Shown one piece after another: positions 5,990 through 6,535 of a DNA stretch of 6,535 bases. This stretch comes from a virus. Its lineage: Duplodnaviria > Heunggongvirae > Uroviricota > Caudoviricetes. The notes under the pieces were generated by a model. It made no database searches, was not told where the DNA came from, and saw only the letters and a list, made by a program, of their open reading frames with translations. The stretch lies in IMG/VR virus record IMGVR_UViG_2657245634_000021, positions 1 to 6,535 of that record; one strand, 5' to 3'. The translations under genes were made by a program, and so were the position numbers. How positions within the stretch are numbered: the stretch's first letter is position 1; each line of letters starts with the position of its first letter.

Positions 5990-6535
5990 CTATTGTGTTG
6001 TATACGAAGGCGATAGCATTTCCTGTTTCATTTGCCATTCAGGGGCGGTTCCTCGCCCCGCAAACCACACTTTCCCTTTTCCCGACTGGTTCAGTTCATC
6101 GAGTGTTTTCATTAACTTTTCACTGTTTTTACGGGGCTGGATTTCATCAAATAATCCCGGCTGCGCTATACCCGATGGTGTGAAATCAGCCAGCATGACT
6201 CCTGCCTTCATATAGCGGTACCCTTCACGCCAGACATGGTTTAAGGCTCTGCATGCGGCGGCAATAATGTCCCGGCTGTCCTGTGTGGGCAATGAAAGCT
6301 TTTCCACAGCGGCATTGCTGTAACAGGGTTCTTTTACTGCAAAGGGGGATGTCCGTACAAATGTCGTCACCTGCCGGCAATACTGACGCTCCCCACGTAG
6401 TTTCTCTGCGGCCCGCTCAGCATACTGAACAACAGCCTGGTGCATGGCATCTTTGTCTGTGATTCGTTCACCAAAACTGCGACTACAGACAATCTGCTGT
6501 TTTGCCGGTGGTGCTTCTTCCAGGGATATGCAGGA
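5990..6535 (-). CDS. umuC: UmuC/MucB/ImpB-family Y-family DNA polymerase (Pol V catalytic subunit), C-terminal about 180 codons; 5-prime end beyond the window
   Basis: Minus-strand frame is open from the window edge (6535) to the TAG at 5990-5992; I translated 6446-6535 by hand (SCISLEEAPPAKQQIVCSRSFGERITDKDA) and it continues into the ORF-track protein. The sequence RSFGERITDKDAMHQAVVQYAERAAEKLRGERQYCRQVTTFVRTSPF...VWFAGRGTAPEWQMKQEMLSPSYTTQ is collinear with the recalled UmuC C-terminus (RAAEKLR, TSPF, FAGQG..QWQMK..MLSP.YTT). Confidence 0.85.
   Translation of the reverse strand, partial: SCISLEEAPPAKQQIVCSRSFGERITDKDAMHQAVVQYAERAAEKLRGERQYCRQVTTFVRTSPFAVKEPCYSNAAVEKLSLPTQDSRDIIAAACRALNHVWREGYRYMKAGVMLADFTPSGIAQPGLFDEIQPRKNSEKLMKTLDELNQSGKGKVWFAGRGTAPEWQMKQEMLSPSYTTQ

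Noticed and set aside
6042-6059. GC-rich hairpin GGGGCG-gttcct-CGCCCC as a possible terminator for parR
   Set aside because: It lies inside the umuC-like coding sequence and is not followed by a T-tract on the plus strand, so it is probably incidental secondary structure.
5968-6215. Plus-strand ORFs of 71 and 79 aa downstream of parR
   Set aside because: They are antisense to the umuC-like C-terminal coding region, which has clear family similarity on the minus strand.
1-6535. Defence or toxin-antitoxin system hidden among the small ORFs
   Set aside because: Every sizeable ORF is accounted for by a known replication, phage lysis/morphogenesis, partition or translesion-synthesis family. I found no unassigned gene pair or domain signature for nucleases, methyltransferases, toxins or abortive-infection proteins that I could defend from sequence alone.

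Overview
This window is a three-block mosaic of well-known modules joined at two abrupt breakpoints; I did not find a convincingly novel system. Block 1 (1 to ~1601) is E. coli-type chromosomal sequence: a full-length dnaN (beta sliding clamp) and the first ~167 codons of recF. Block 2 (~1602 to ~4149) is a P2-type phage late-region fragment: the 3-prime end of the gene upstream of X (probably L), then X, Y (holin), K (endolysin), lysA, lysB with the overlapping lysC, and the first ~100 codons of R. Block 3 (~4150 to 6535) is plasmid-type: a truncated ParA-like Walker ATPase gene on the minus strand, a 228-bp AT-rich repeat-containing intergenic region, a parM/parR (type II, actin-like) partition operon, and the 3-prime end of a umuC-like gene that runs off the window. 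recF is fused in frame to the phage gene, and R is truncated tail-to-tail against the ParA-like gene. There are no integrase, att-site or IS signatures at either junction, so the mosaic looks like an engineered construct, misassembly or artificial concatenation rather than a natural integration. All protein identifications rest on motif reading and recalled family sequences, not on a database search.
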